The notes: generated by a model from the letters alone, not told the origin. 53,955 nt of DNA from Myxococcales bacterium (GCA_045863395.1 BTVJ01000048.1:1-53955); one strand, 5' to 3'. Counted from the stretch's first letter, positions 1 to 8,527 are shown. Translations and numbers: made by a program.

Positions 1-59
1 TATCGTGCAACGACGGTCGCGCTGCTACTGCCAGTGGGCGTGCAACGCAATACCGAGGC

Positions 60-1241
60 TCACTTCTTCGTGATTGTGCGGACGAGGCGGAAGCCCACTT
101 CCTGGGGGCGCAGGTCTCCAAGTCGCAGACGCATGCTGGCGCACAGGGCCACGCTGCGGCTGAAGTAGGAGCCGCCTTTGGCCACCAGGTCCGGGCCTGC
201 GGCGAGTGGGTCGGGGTCGTGACCTGGGTCCTTGGCGGCGATCCACGGGTCGTCCCATCGGGAGCCGGTGAGCTCCCAGACGTTTCCGTGCACGTCGAGC
301 AGGCCATAGGGGTTGGGTGGGAGCTTGCCGACAGGGTGGGGGCCGCAGCAGTTGAAGCCCCAGTCGTACCCGCAGTCGTCGCAGCCGTCCCAGGAGACCT
401 GGCTGCTGCCGCAGTACCAGGCCGTCTGGGCGGCAAAGTCGTCCCAGCACGTGCTGCGCTCGACGACGTCGAGGTTGCCGTTGGCGAGGCAGCCGTCGGT
501 GCCGGCCTTGGCGAGCAGCTCCCACTCGGCCTCGGACGGGAGCCGCCAGCCCGTGCACTCGGGGCCAGCGAAGGCGGCCGAAGCGCACTGGAGGCGGCCA
601 GTGGCGTCCGGGGCGCAGCCCTCGAGGGCGTAGCATGGTGCGAGTCCATCGGCGACGCTTCGGCGGTTCGCATAGGTCAGAATCTCGGCGACGTTCACGT
701 CGCTGACCGGGCAGGAGTCTCCGCATGCGGCGAAGGTCTCTGGCACGCGCTCCATCAGCGTCCGCCACGCGCCGCGGGTCGTCTCAGTCGTGCTGACAGC
801 GAGCCGCTGGTCTACCGTGAGCCATGCCCAGCCCTTGCGTCTTACGTCCGCGCGCGGGTTGCCCGCGGGGTGGTAGAAGCTTTGGGGCGCCGGCTCCCAA
901 TTCCACGCCTCCAGGTCACCCGCGTACCCCACGAGCAGGCTCGCGGGCCCGATGGCGCAGGTGCTCGTGTTGCAGTCCGGCTCGATGGGGGCGCAGGTTC
1001 CTTTTGTGGTACATACCTGGCCGGTCGGGCAGGTGGTCAGTGCCGTGGCTTCGGTGCCGCAGCGAGATGGCGTATGGTCTGAAACCGGGCTGGTCCGCTC
1101 AATGCACCCCGAGGCGAGTGACCAGAAGGCGAGAACAGCAGTCACGACGATAGTGCGTGTTCGCGACGCCGAAATACGGTCGAGCAGGGGGATCGGGTGC
1201 GGTATGGATTTGCAGAACTGGCGGTTGGGTCCATCATCCAT
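60..1241 (-). CDS. FGE/SUMF1-fold (formylglycine-generating enzyme family) lipoprotein, paralog 2
   Basis: Motifs WRLPSEAEWELLA, PNPYGLLDVHGNVWE, KGGSY, VGFRLVRT; lipobox-like LASG-C after a hydrophobic stretch. ATG at 1241 overlaps the TGA of the upstream gene, so the 1427 start is probably too long. Confidence 0.85.
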   Translation of the reverse strand: MDDGPNRQFCKSIPHPIPLLDRISASRTRTIVVTAVLAFWSLASGCIERTSPVSDHTPSRCGTEATALTTCPTGQVCTTKGTCAPIEPDCNTSTCAIGPASLLVGYAGDLEAWNWEPAPQSFYHPAGNPRADVRRKGWAWLTVDQRLAVSTTETTRGAWRTLMERVPETFAACGDSCPVSDVNVAEILTYANRRSVADGLAPCYALEGCAPDATGRLQCASAAFAGPECTGWRLPSEAEWELLAKAGTDGCLANGNLDVVERSTCWDDFAAQTAWYCGSSQVSWDGCDDCGYDWGFNCCGPHPVGKLPPNPYGLLDVHGNVWELTGSRWDDPWIAAKDPGHDPDPLAAGPDLVAKGGSYFSRSVALCASMRLRLGDLRPQEVGFRLVRTITKK

Positions 1242-2395
1242 CACGGTGACTCCCCGATTGTTACGGTGCGGACAAGCCTCAAGCCCACATTGCTCGATGA
1301 GTGAAATGGTGCAACTGCGGAGTGCCTGTTCCAACACATCTCCAAGGCAAACTGCCGAAACGATCCGCCGACGAAGGCGACCGGGATTTGGGTAGACAGG
1401 CTGACACTGTACCCCGGATCGGTCCAATCTCCATGAGGTGCCCTTTCCCTGGCGCTGTCGAGCAGCCGAGGAGAGGACGTCCCTGGGTACGGAGGCCCAT
1501 CCGTGACGTTTGTGTCGAGGACGGTGCCTGTTGGCTCCATCACGTTGCCGATGAGATCATGGAGGCCATAGAGGGACCGTCCAAGACTCGCTATCGCATG
1601 GGGGCCGCAGCAGGAATGGCCGCAAGGGGCACGCAACTGAACGGTGCAATCGACGCATCCGGGGTAGCTGACTCCACTGTTTCCTATGGAGACCGCATAC
1701 TTCTCGGCGGGAAATCCCCCACAACTGTCCGCTCCGAACTCCATATCCTCATCGTCGACCTCGGCCATGCAGCTCCAGGGGTAGCCTGCACTGGCCGCAA
1801 GCTGCCACTCCGCCAGCGAGGGCAACCTGTAGCCCGTGCAGTCTGGTCCCGCAAACGTTGCGTCAATGCACATGTCACTGTCTGATTCGCACTCTGAAAC
1901 CGTATAGCAGCGCTGGAACCCGTGCTTGTCTGACAGGGCGTTCGCAAAGTGCAACATGTCTCCGAAACTCATGCTCTCCATTGGACAACTGGAACCGCAG
2001 TTTGAAAATGTGGGCGTCGATGTCGACTCCGGCCATACACTTGACCACTGCGCCTGAGTTACCTCGGTCTGCATCATGACAATGGGGCGAGTAATGGTAG
2101 TCCATCTGGGTATGAATGAATCGATTTCTGTATCCGGGCGCAGGAGCATCATGAAGGACGACGCTGGGATGAGACACCAGCCGTCCGTGCAGTTGGCCAT
2201 GATCGGCGCGCATGACGCCGACTCGACCAAGCAAACCTCGCCGAGGGGGCACCGGCGCAGTACGCCGTCTGCTCCGCGCCCGCAAGTCACGCGGTCCGTC
2301 GCTCCCCCGTCCACGATGGAGGCGGGCACCTCCGAGTCGCCACAACCTCCAGCGAAGCCTAGGGCGGCCGTGACCACGGCCAAACGCGCCGTCAC
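1241..2395 (-). CDS. FGE/SUMF1-fold lipoprotein, paralog 1
   Basis: Motifs MQTEVTQAQW, YRLPSLAEWQLAA, YGLHDLIGNVME, VGGSF, VGLRLVRT; lipobox FAGG-C. Start estimated at GTG 2395 (uncertain). Confidence 0.82.
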   Translation of the reverse strand: MTARLAVVTAALGFAGGCGDSEVPASIVDGGATDRVTCGRGADGVLRRCPLGEVCLVESASCAPIMANCTDGWCLIPASSFMMLLRPDTEIDSFIPRWTTITRPIVMMQTEVTQAQWSSVWPESTSTPTFSNCGSSCPMESMSFGDMLHFANALSDKHGFQRCYTVSECESDSDMCIDATFAGPDCTGYRLPSLAEWQLAASAGYPWSCMAEVDDEDMEFGADSCGGFPAEKYAVSIGNSGVSYPGCVDCTVQLRAPCGHSCCGPHAIASLGRSLYGLHDLIGNVMEPTGTVLDTNVTDGPPYPGTSSPRLLDSARERAPHGDWTDPGYSVSLSTQIPVAFVGGSFRQFALEMCWNRHSAVAPFHSSSNVGLRLVRTVTIGESP

Positions 2396-2477
2396 GCGGA
2401 CGGATCGCGATCTCGCAAGTGATGTCCCTGCTTCGGTGACGAAATGCGGTGACGCTCCATGGCGACGGTCGTCGCTG

Positions 2478-4763
2478 TCAGTCGGAGTGGAACCCACCGA
2501 AGTACCCTTGGTTTGGAAGTGGCGGAGAGTTGGCCGGTACGGCAGGCAAATTCTGCTCATCGGCGACGCATGGGCTGCTGGTGAGGGTTCGCCGGAAGGC
2601 AACGTCGTGGCCCCCGAGGAACGTCGCCAGGTGCGACGCCCAGTCGGCCACGTTGGTTCCGTGGGTATCACCCGTCTTGCAGTACCTCTGACCGAGCTGG
2701 ACGTGGTATTCACACGTGTCCGCCCAACCGCAACCTTGCGCCTGGTCCAAGCACGTCACACAGTCGGTTGCAAAGCCGCAGGCCTGAGCTGTCCAGCTCG
2801 TCGCTCGGTGCTCGCAAGGAGACCCGTTCTGCCCCTGAACGCACGCTCCGCCACTCCAGACCACCATTGCATCGAACAGGTCCTTGACCGTCGCATCCAC
2901 CACATCAGCGTATGAGTCGGCGTTGTTCGTACTCGTGTCGATGAGCTCCCAGAGTCCGTGGACGCGATTCCTTGGGTTCGAGAGATCATTCGAGTTGAAG
3001 TGGTGGATCCCGTGGTGACTCGTCATGTCGATGCACGGCACCCGCCCCGGTGCATCGAGGCTGGTGATCTCCGTGGTGGCCGGGTCCCAGAGCGTGATCC
3101 AGTGGATCAAGCCAGCGATGGACTCGCCCATGGCACCCTCCGGACCGTCCACTTTCCATGCGTCGCTCGGGTGGGAGCCATACCCGAACGCCGGCAAGGC
3201 TCCTGTGCATCCGGTCACACGCCCGTGAGCGATGTGCCCCATCTCATGGGCCGGAGTCGGGCTCCAGAGGTCACCGTCCATGAGTGTTATCGTCGACGAG
3301 CTGCAAGCCGCATTGGACGCGCGGCCAGGGGGCGGGTCGAAGTCCAGATCTACGTAAATGGGGTCGTAGGCGTTGGAGCTCCCCGCCTCTCTTCGGAACC
3401 GCAGCTCGCCCTCCTCCTCCAGCGCGAGGTGTGTGTCCCAGAGCGTGCGCCAGGCGGCTCCCGTTGCCGCCGTGTTCGGCGTGTCGTCTCCTTCCTGGTT
3501 GAGGGCGAGGTTTCCGAGATGCAGTGTGTTCTGCGAGCCGGGCAGCAACGAGAAGAGCGTGTTGGAGAGAAGGACGCGAATGGGTGACGTGTAACCGGCG
3601 ATGCGCATCTCAAGGTGGGCCGGGTACATACGGCGGCTGAACTCGAAGCCGACCCCGTAGGTGGCAGACGTGTCGCAGTCGGGATCCCACAGGACGAAGT
3701 AGCCGCTTCCGATGGTCCGCGACGTCGCGACCCAGGACCAATTTCCGTTGGCGCTCACCTTGTAGAGGCTGATGGAGAGGATCGAGAGGCCCTTCCAGCA
3801 GCAGTCAGGGGTGTCAGGGTTGCAGGCTCCGGTCTGGCAGACGGAGTGCCTTGCCCCACCGTCCGGGTAGTGGTAGCTGGTCCTCATGTCCCAGAAGCTG
3901 AGCCAGCCGTCCGCATAGCAGACGCTGGCACTCGCATCGGCGCTCGACAGCACGACCAAGGCCACCAGCGCGGCCGGGGTGTCCACGGCGCGGCGACGCC
4001 GGGCCATAATCCCACCCCCGAGCAGGAGCGCAAGTCCGAGTACCCAGGCGCCGTCCTCCGTGCCACCTGCATCGCAGCCTGTCGTTCCGGTCTGGGCCGC
4101 GACCTCCGCGGCGGCGGTCGTCGCAGCACCCTGCTTTTGTGCGAGCGCTACGCTCCCGGTCTCCACCGCGGCGATCAGTTGTGCGGCATGTGCCCGCTCC
4201 TCATCGCTGAGCGACTCATCGGTGCTGGGATCGCGGCGCTTTGTCTCCCCCATGGAAAACGTGGTGTACTCCTCAGCCTTCAGAAGCAGCTCGGGCGACT
4301 GAGAGAAGGCCATCGACGCGATGATCGCTGGCCCCTCGAGGGGGACGAACGTGGAGCCGGAGCGCTGGTAGCGTGCTCTGAAGCGCCGATCCGGGTAGTA
4401 CCCGGATGGGTCTGACGCTGTCACGTCCAGCACCACCATCTCTGCGGAGTCGTCGAGCTTCTTCGCGCCCGCATAGGTGAGCGTGATCGGAAGGTTGGGC
4501 GCGGTGGCGCTCACTTTGACGTTCAGGATGAGCGTCTGTTTCGCAGCGCTGTTCGCCTCGTTCAGGTAGCCCTTGGGCGCGTGAACGTGCACCTCGATGC
4601 TCCCGCTGCCTTCGTAGTCGGGACCGAGCGCGAGAGAGGCCGGCAGGGATACGGTCGTGGCGCCGGCGGGCGTGGTCATGGTCGCCGTCGGCCCGATGTT
4701 CAGGCGGACCCAGTCGGGCTGGTTGGCCAGGGCGGATGTCGGCACGATGATCAGTACCAGCAT
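2478..4763 (-). CDS. Secreted two-module protein: N-terminal domain + internal MYXO-CTERM + second signal peptide + HExxH zinc metallopeptidase-like domain with Cys-rich tail
   Basis: N-terminal hydrophobic signal ending SALA; internal TTGCDAGG..WVLGLALLLGGGIMARRRR; then AALVALVVLSSADASA; HEMGH at 3248-3234 with downstream AMGESIA. True start probably 4858/4864, beyond the 8-bp repeat. Confidence 0.75.
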   Translation of the reverse strand: MLVLIIVPTSALANQPDWVRLNIGPTATMTTPAGATTVSLPASLALGPDYEGSGSIEVHVHAPKGYLNEANSAAKQTLILNVKVSATAPNLPITLTYAGAKKLDDSAEMVVLDVTASDPSGYYPDRRFRARYQRSGSTFVPLEGPAIIASMAFSQSPELLLKAEEYTTFSMGETKRRDPSTDESLSDEERAHAAQLIAAVETGSVALAQKQGAATTAAAEVAAQTGTTGCDAGGTEDGAWVLGLALLLGGGIMARRRRAVDTPAALVALVVLSSADASASVCYADGWLSFWDMRTSYHYPDGGARHSVCQTGACNPDTPDCCWKGLSILSISLYKVSANGNWSWVATSRTIGSGYFVLWDPDCDTSATYGVGFEFSRRMYPAHLEMRIAGYTSPIRVLLSNTLFSLLPGSQNTLHLGNLALNQEGDDTPNTAATGAAWRTLWDTHLALEEEGELRFRREAGSSNAYDPIYVDLDFDPPPGRASNAACSSSTITLMDGDLWSPTPAHEMGHIAHGRVTGCTGALPAFGYGSHPSDAWKVDGPEGAMGESIAGLIHWITLWDPATTEITSLDAPGRVPCIDMTSHHGIHHFNSNDLSNPRNRVHGLWELIDTSTNNADSYADVVDATVKDLFDAMVVWSGGACVQGQNGSPCEHRATSWTAQACGFATDCVTCLDQAQGCGWADTCEYHVQLGQRYCKTGDTHGTNVADWASHLATFLGGHDVAFRRTLTSSPCVADEQNLPAVPANSPPLPNQGYFGGFHSD

Positions 4764-4801
4764 GAGGATCAGCGTCTGTGATAGGCGCTGGACATCACCG
4801 G

Positions 4802-4854
4802 GCGAGAGAGCGAGAGAGCGAGAGAGCGAGAGAGCGAGAGAGCGAGAGAGCGAG
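4802..4854. repeat. 8-bp simple sequence repeat (GCGAGAGA) x6.6
   Basis: Six perfect copies at 4802-4849 plus GCGAG, read directly. Confidence 0.97.
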
Positions 4855-4855
4855 T

Positions 4856-4888
4856 CATCTTCATACCTCCACTGAGCCGGAAAATGTA
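4856..4888 (-). promoter_or_regulatory. Translation initiation region (GGAGG + ATG) and possible -10 (TACATT) for the 761-aa gene
   Basis: Minus strand GGAGG 4870-4866, ATGs at 4864 and 4858 (7-nt spacing to the latter); TACATT at 4888-4883. Confidence 0.6.
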
Positions 4889-5172
4889 CGACGGTTTACG
4901 TCGAGCGCCGGTCAACGTGCTTCAGTTGCTGGCTTCTGCCTCCTTCCGTGTGGTTCCTGTTGCTACCTTGCCGGTTGAACCGCGGCGAATGACTATCAGG
5001 TTCGTACTCCTCCCGTGCCTCGAGTGTCAACAATGAACTCGCGACTTCAGCGACCGTGGTTCGTCGCCGTTACCTACGCGGGCGCTCGCACGGAGTGCCC
5101 CCGCCCGCTCGCGCTCGTCTCTGGCGCCTGCGCGCTCGCCGAGGCGCCCGCCCGGCCGCGACTCAAAGGGCG

Positions 5173-5226
5173 TGAGGGTCCGTCGGGCCTGCAAGGGTAT
5201 CACCCGCTTGGGCCCGACGACCCTCA
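5173..5226. other. Long intergenic inverted repeat / stem-loop
   Basis: Nested pairings TGAGGGT/ACCCTCA, CGTCGGGCC/GGCCCGACG, CAAG/CTTG, GGT/ACC. Confidence 0.7.
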
Positions 5227-5368
5227 AAAGGTCGCCAGCCAGGATGGTTGGAGCACTTACCGGGGTCGCGGTTTCGCGGGCCTGTTCCTCCGCGGACCAG
5301 GGCGCGGCCCCGAACGGGCCACGAGCGCTCGCCGCCCCACGACGGGGGAGGAGCCGCCTCGATCCGGT

Positions 5369-5423
5369 TCGGTGCCGGCTCGGTGCCGGCTCGGTGCCGG
5401 CTCGGTGCCGGCTCGGTGCCGGC
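5369..5423. repeat. 11-bp tandem repeat (TCGGTGCCGGC) x5
   Basis: Five perfect copies read directly. Confidence 0.97.
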
Positions 5424-5454
5424 GCGGCGCCCGCTCAGGGCCGGTGACGCGACC

Positions 5455-5928
5455 TCAAGAAGTGGGAAGGTCATCCCGGGACAGGCAGAGCTGGACCAGG
5501 GCCCGGAGCTTTGCGCGAAGATCCGGGTGCCCGTCGATGAGCACCTCGGCCTCCTTGAGGCGCGCGGTCATCGGGAGGCTCGGCGGCGGAGAGCGGGACG
5601 CGACGCGAGCCATGAACTCGGTCAGGCCTGCCTCCAGGTCGTCGTGGAGCTGCGCGAGGTCACTCCTGGAGCGCCCGAAGGATGATCGCGAGCGGCGCTT
5701 GGCAGGTACGGCTCCCGAACTCAGCGCCAGGGAGAAACGGGGAACGACGGCGCGCAGAATGGCAGTCACCTCCCCCGTGTAGGCCGCCATGGCCTCCTCG
5801 AGATGCTTCACATCGATGGGCATCCAAGGCTGCGGCATGCTCGCCTTCAGGTTCTCCGCCAGCGTGTCGAGTGCTCGGATCCGGAAGAGGCTCCGGGTGT
5901 AGTCGTCGCGGACGTTCGTGTCAGTCAC
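5455..5928 (-). CDS. Hypothetical alpha-helical protein
   Basis: 157-aa ORF; GTG start overlaps the TGA of the NTase gene (GTGA), preceded by GAGGGAG; normal protein composition. Confidence 0.6.
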   Translation of the reverse strand: MTDTNVRDDYTRSLFRIRALDTLAENLKASMPQPWMPIDVKHLEEAMAAYTGEVTAILRAVVPRFSLALSSGAVPAKRRSRSSFGRSRSDLAQLHDDLEAGLTEFMARVASRSPPPSLPMTARLKEAEVLIDGHPDLRAKLRALVQLCLSRDDLPTS

Positions 5929-6476
5929 CGCTCTCCCTCTTCATGCCAGAGTTGGCCCAGCGCGTGGGCGAGTCGGTTGCGTCGATTGGCGAGCGCCGCG
6001 TCCGTCGTGACGGGAAGCGCGGCGATGGCGGCCGCGAGCTGATCGGCGTCCAGGGGCTCGCCGGTGGCTCGCGAGTGATCGAGAGCCGCGAGGCAATCGG
6101 CCAGGTCCACCTCCGAGAGGCGCCGCACCTTCAGGAGCAAGAACAGTGTGGCGGATGGACGGAAGATCGTCGCGCGGGGGCCCGTGGCCAGCACGACGAG
6201 GTCCCGATCCCATCCTGGTACCGCCCGGACGAAGAAATCGGCGGCCGAGTTGACCGCTTCGACGGGGAGCCCGGCAGCGTCCGCCAGCTCGAGGAGCTGC
6301 ATGCGCTGGCTCGGGTCGTCGAGGCCCACGAGGTCGACGTCCTCGGTCGTCCGCCGTGGCGTCAACCACAGGGCGGCCGCAGCTCCTCCTACCAGCAGCC
6401 ACCTCCCATGGAGGCGGTCGGCCGCCGTCCGGATGAAGGCTTCGAGCTGCGCCCTGTCGAATCGTGCCTCGGCCAT
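5925..6476 (-). CDS. AbiEii/DUF6036-like nucleotidyltransferase (Pol-beta superfamily)
   Basis: LLVGGAAA...RRTTEDVD motif, later LLLK and DLAD, typical of AbiEii-like NTases. Confidence 0.75.
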   Translation of the reverse strand: MAEARFDRAQLEAFIRTAADRLHGRWLLVGGAAAALWLTPRRTTEDVDLVGLDDPSQRMQLLELADAAGLPVEAVNSAADFFVRAVPGWDRDLVVLATGPRATIFRPSATLFLLLKVRRLSEVDLADCLAALDHSRATGEPLDADQLAAAIAALPVTTDAALANRRNRLAHALGQLWHEEGER

Positions 6477-6490
6477 GCTACGCTACGCCC

Positions 6491-6817
6491 GTGAGCGCGT
6501 GGTTGGACATCCTGCGTCGCGGAGGGTTGCCCGTGGGGCCAGCCAGCCCTCGCGAGCCCAGCATACCCGATGCGGCAAGCCTCGCCCAGGCGGCATCGTC
6601 GGTTCTGCGCCATCCGGGTCTGCTGGAGGAGCCGGAGCGCGAGGCACTGATTGCCTGGCTCTCGGCGTGGGCCAGCCATTGGCCGTCCTCCTTTGCCGTA
6701 CACTTCGGGCGCCCTCTCCAGGAGGTCGTCTTGCCCGTGGTCCGACCGGGCGACGACCCCAACCGGTTTCTCAAGCTCCGGCGACTGGCGCTCGCTCACC
6801 TGGCGGAACTCCTCTGA
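6491..6817 (+). CDS. Small hypothetical protein divergent from the NTase (candidate partner/antitoxin)
   Basis: 108-aa helical ORF from GTG 6491, ending DPNRFLKLRRLALAHLAELL; TACGCT 6 nt upstream suggests a leaderless start. Confidence 0.65.
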   Translation: MSAWLDILRRGGLPVGPASPREPSIPDAASLAQAASSVLRHPGLLEEPEREALIAWLSAWASHWPSSFAVHFGRPLQEVVLPVVRPGDDPNRFLKLRRLALAHLAELL

Positions 6818-7002
6818 TGCAGCCGGGACCACCGCGCCCGCGAGGGTCGACTCCGCGCAGAGCACTGCTCCCGGTGGGGCTCCGTTCGCGGTGATGCAGC
6901 GGGGGGGGCCTTCGGGACTCACGGCGTCGCCGGGCGCCGGGTCAAACGAAGGACGTGGCTGGGCTGAGTCGTGGCAGTTGGACCGCTCCACACTGGGGGC
7001 GG

Positions 7003-8514
7003 CTACCTGCGGATCACCCACATGGGCCCCACCTCCCACAGGCGGCCGCCGCCCCTGGCCGCCGCGTCCGGGTCGTCGCCTGCCTCGCGGATGTGGAAGG
7101 TGCGGCGGGCGTCGCGGCGCTCGTTCCAGGGGACCCCGAGGGACCAGCGGGCGAGCTTCGACATGGCCCAGCCGTTGTGGAAGTAGCCGAACTGGAGGCG
7201 GAAGGGCTCGCTCCCCTGCTGCTCGTGGATCAGCTCCACCATGGACAGGGAGGTGCTCGCGGCGACCTTCGCGTCCACCTTCTCATAGTACCGGACGGCG
7301 ATGGCCGCGAAGGCGACGCCCAGGCCGACGACCAGCGCGGCGGTGACCCGGCGGAGCCAGGGGCGAGGGCGGGAGAGCAGCAGCATGGCGCCGTCGGCCA
7401 GAGGGACGACGCCCAAGGGGAGCAGCAGGTTGGCGTAGTGGGGGTAGGCGGGCTTGTGGCTCATGGCGAGCAGCGCGAAGGCCGCCCCGGAGCCGACGAG
7501 CAGCGCGGTCCAGACGGGGTCCCGCGCGAGGCGCAGCAGGGCGTCCTTGCCGCGGACGAGCAACGACAGGCCCGCGACCCAGCCTGCGGTCACGAAGGCG
7601 AAGGAGAGCGCGACGAAGGCGGTCAGGATGGGCCCATAGAGCGTCAGGGAGTCGGAGATGCCTGCGCGGGTGAGCTGCCAGAAGGGGTCGTAGGGGCGCC
7701 AGTAGCCCGTGTGGAAGTGGTAGCCCGCGTCGCCCGTGCCGAAGAGCACGACGTAGAAGGCCCCTCTCGCCGCGTGGAGCAGCCCCACCTCCTGGCCGCC
7801 GCCCTCGGCGAGGATCGCCCGGGTGTTGGAGAAGTCGCTCCGCAGCTCGTGGACCAGGTAGGGGGCATAGAACAAGACGGCGATCCCGACCCCGACCGCG
7901 ACGGCCGACCAGCGGACGCGGGGACGCCACAGGGCGAGCTGCACCAGGACGACGGCCCAGAGGATGGGCGACGACAGGTGGAACTGGGGGAGCACCGCCA
8001 GGGCGGCCACCGTCGGGGCGGCCCACCAGGAGCGCTGCTGCTCGCGCATGCGCCACACGCCGTAGAGCGCCAGCAGACCGAGCCACGGCGCGACGTTGGA
8101 GTTCCAGATGCGGTCCGCGTAGAGGATGGTCCACGGGCTCATGGCGGCCAGCCACGCGGTGACGAGCGCCGCTCCCTCGCCGCGGGTCGCGCGGACCATG
8201 CGCACCAGCAGCAGGAGCGAGGCCACCGACAGGGCGGCGATGAAGAAGCCGGAGAGGTAGGGGCTCTTGCCGAAGGCGTTGGGGATCGCCATCAGGTAGT
8301 AGAAGGTGGCGCCCGGGTGGCGGGCCTCCGTGCCGCTGACCGAGGGCCCGAGCACCGGCCAGAAGTCATCGTGGACGATGCGCTGGGCCGCCTCGAAGAA
8401 GGTCCCCTCGTCGCCGGTGAAGCGGGCGTCGGGCACCTGCGACCAGCGGAGCGCGAGTCCCAGGACCAGCGCGACCCATGGCAGGACCCGGAGGATTCGT
8501 GCGTTGGCGCTCAC
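7003..8514 (-). CDS. ArnT/PMT-like (GT-C fold) membrane glycosyltransferase
   Basis: LALRW..FTGDE acidic motif after TM1, HPGATFYYL, SPW..YADRIWN, many TM helices. Confidence 0.8.
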   Translation of the reverse strand: MSANARILRVLPWVALVLGLALRWSQVPDARFTGDEGTFFEAAQRIVHDDFWPVLGPSVSGTEARHPGATFYYLMAIPNAFGKSPYLSGFFIAALSVASLLLLVRMVRATRGEGAALVTAWLAAMSPWTILYADRIWNSNVAPWLGLLALYGVWRMREQQRSWWAAPTVAALAVLPQFHLSSPILWAVVLVQLALWRPRVRWSAVAVGVGIAVLFYAPYLVHELRSDFSNTRAILAEGGGQEVGLLHAARGAFYVVLFGTGDAGYHFHTGYWRPYDPFWQLTRAGISDSLTLYGPILTAFVALSFAFVTAGWVAGLSLLVRGKDALLRLARDPVWTALLVGSGAAFALLAMSHKPAYPHYANLLLPLGVVPLADGAMLLLSRPRPWLRRVTAALVVGLGVAFAAIAVRYYEKVDAKVAASTSLSMVELIHEQQGSEPFRLQFGYFHNGWAMSKLARWSLGVPWNERRDARRTFHIREAGDDPDAAARGGGRLWEVGPMWVIRR

Positions 8515-8527
8515 CGGCGAGCCTCCG

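Noticed and set aside
60..2395. FGE-fold genes as diversity-generating retroelement targets
   Set aside because: No reverse transcriptase and no TR/VR near-duplicate visible in the window; cannot exclude one outside it.
4995..5015. tRNA fragment or att site (GGTTCGTACTCC)
   Set aside because: Imperfect T-loop, no cloverleaf and no integrase.
5369..5423. CRISPR array
   Set aside because: Repeats are 11 bp and contiguous, with no spacers or cas genes.
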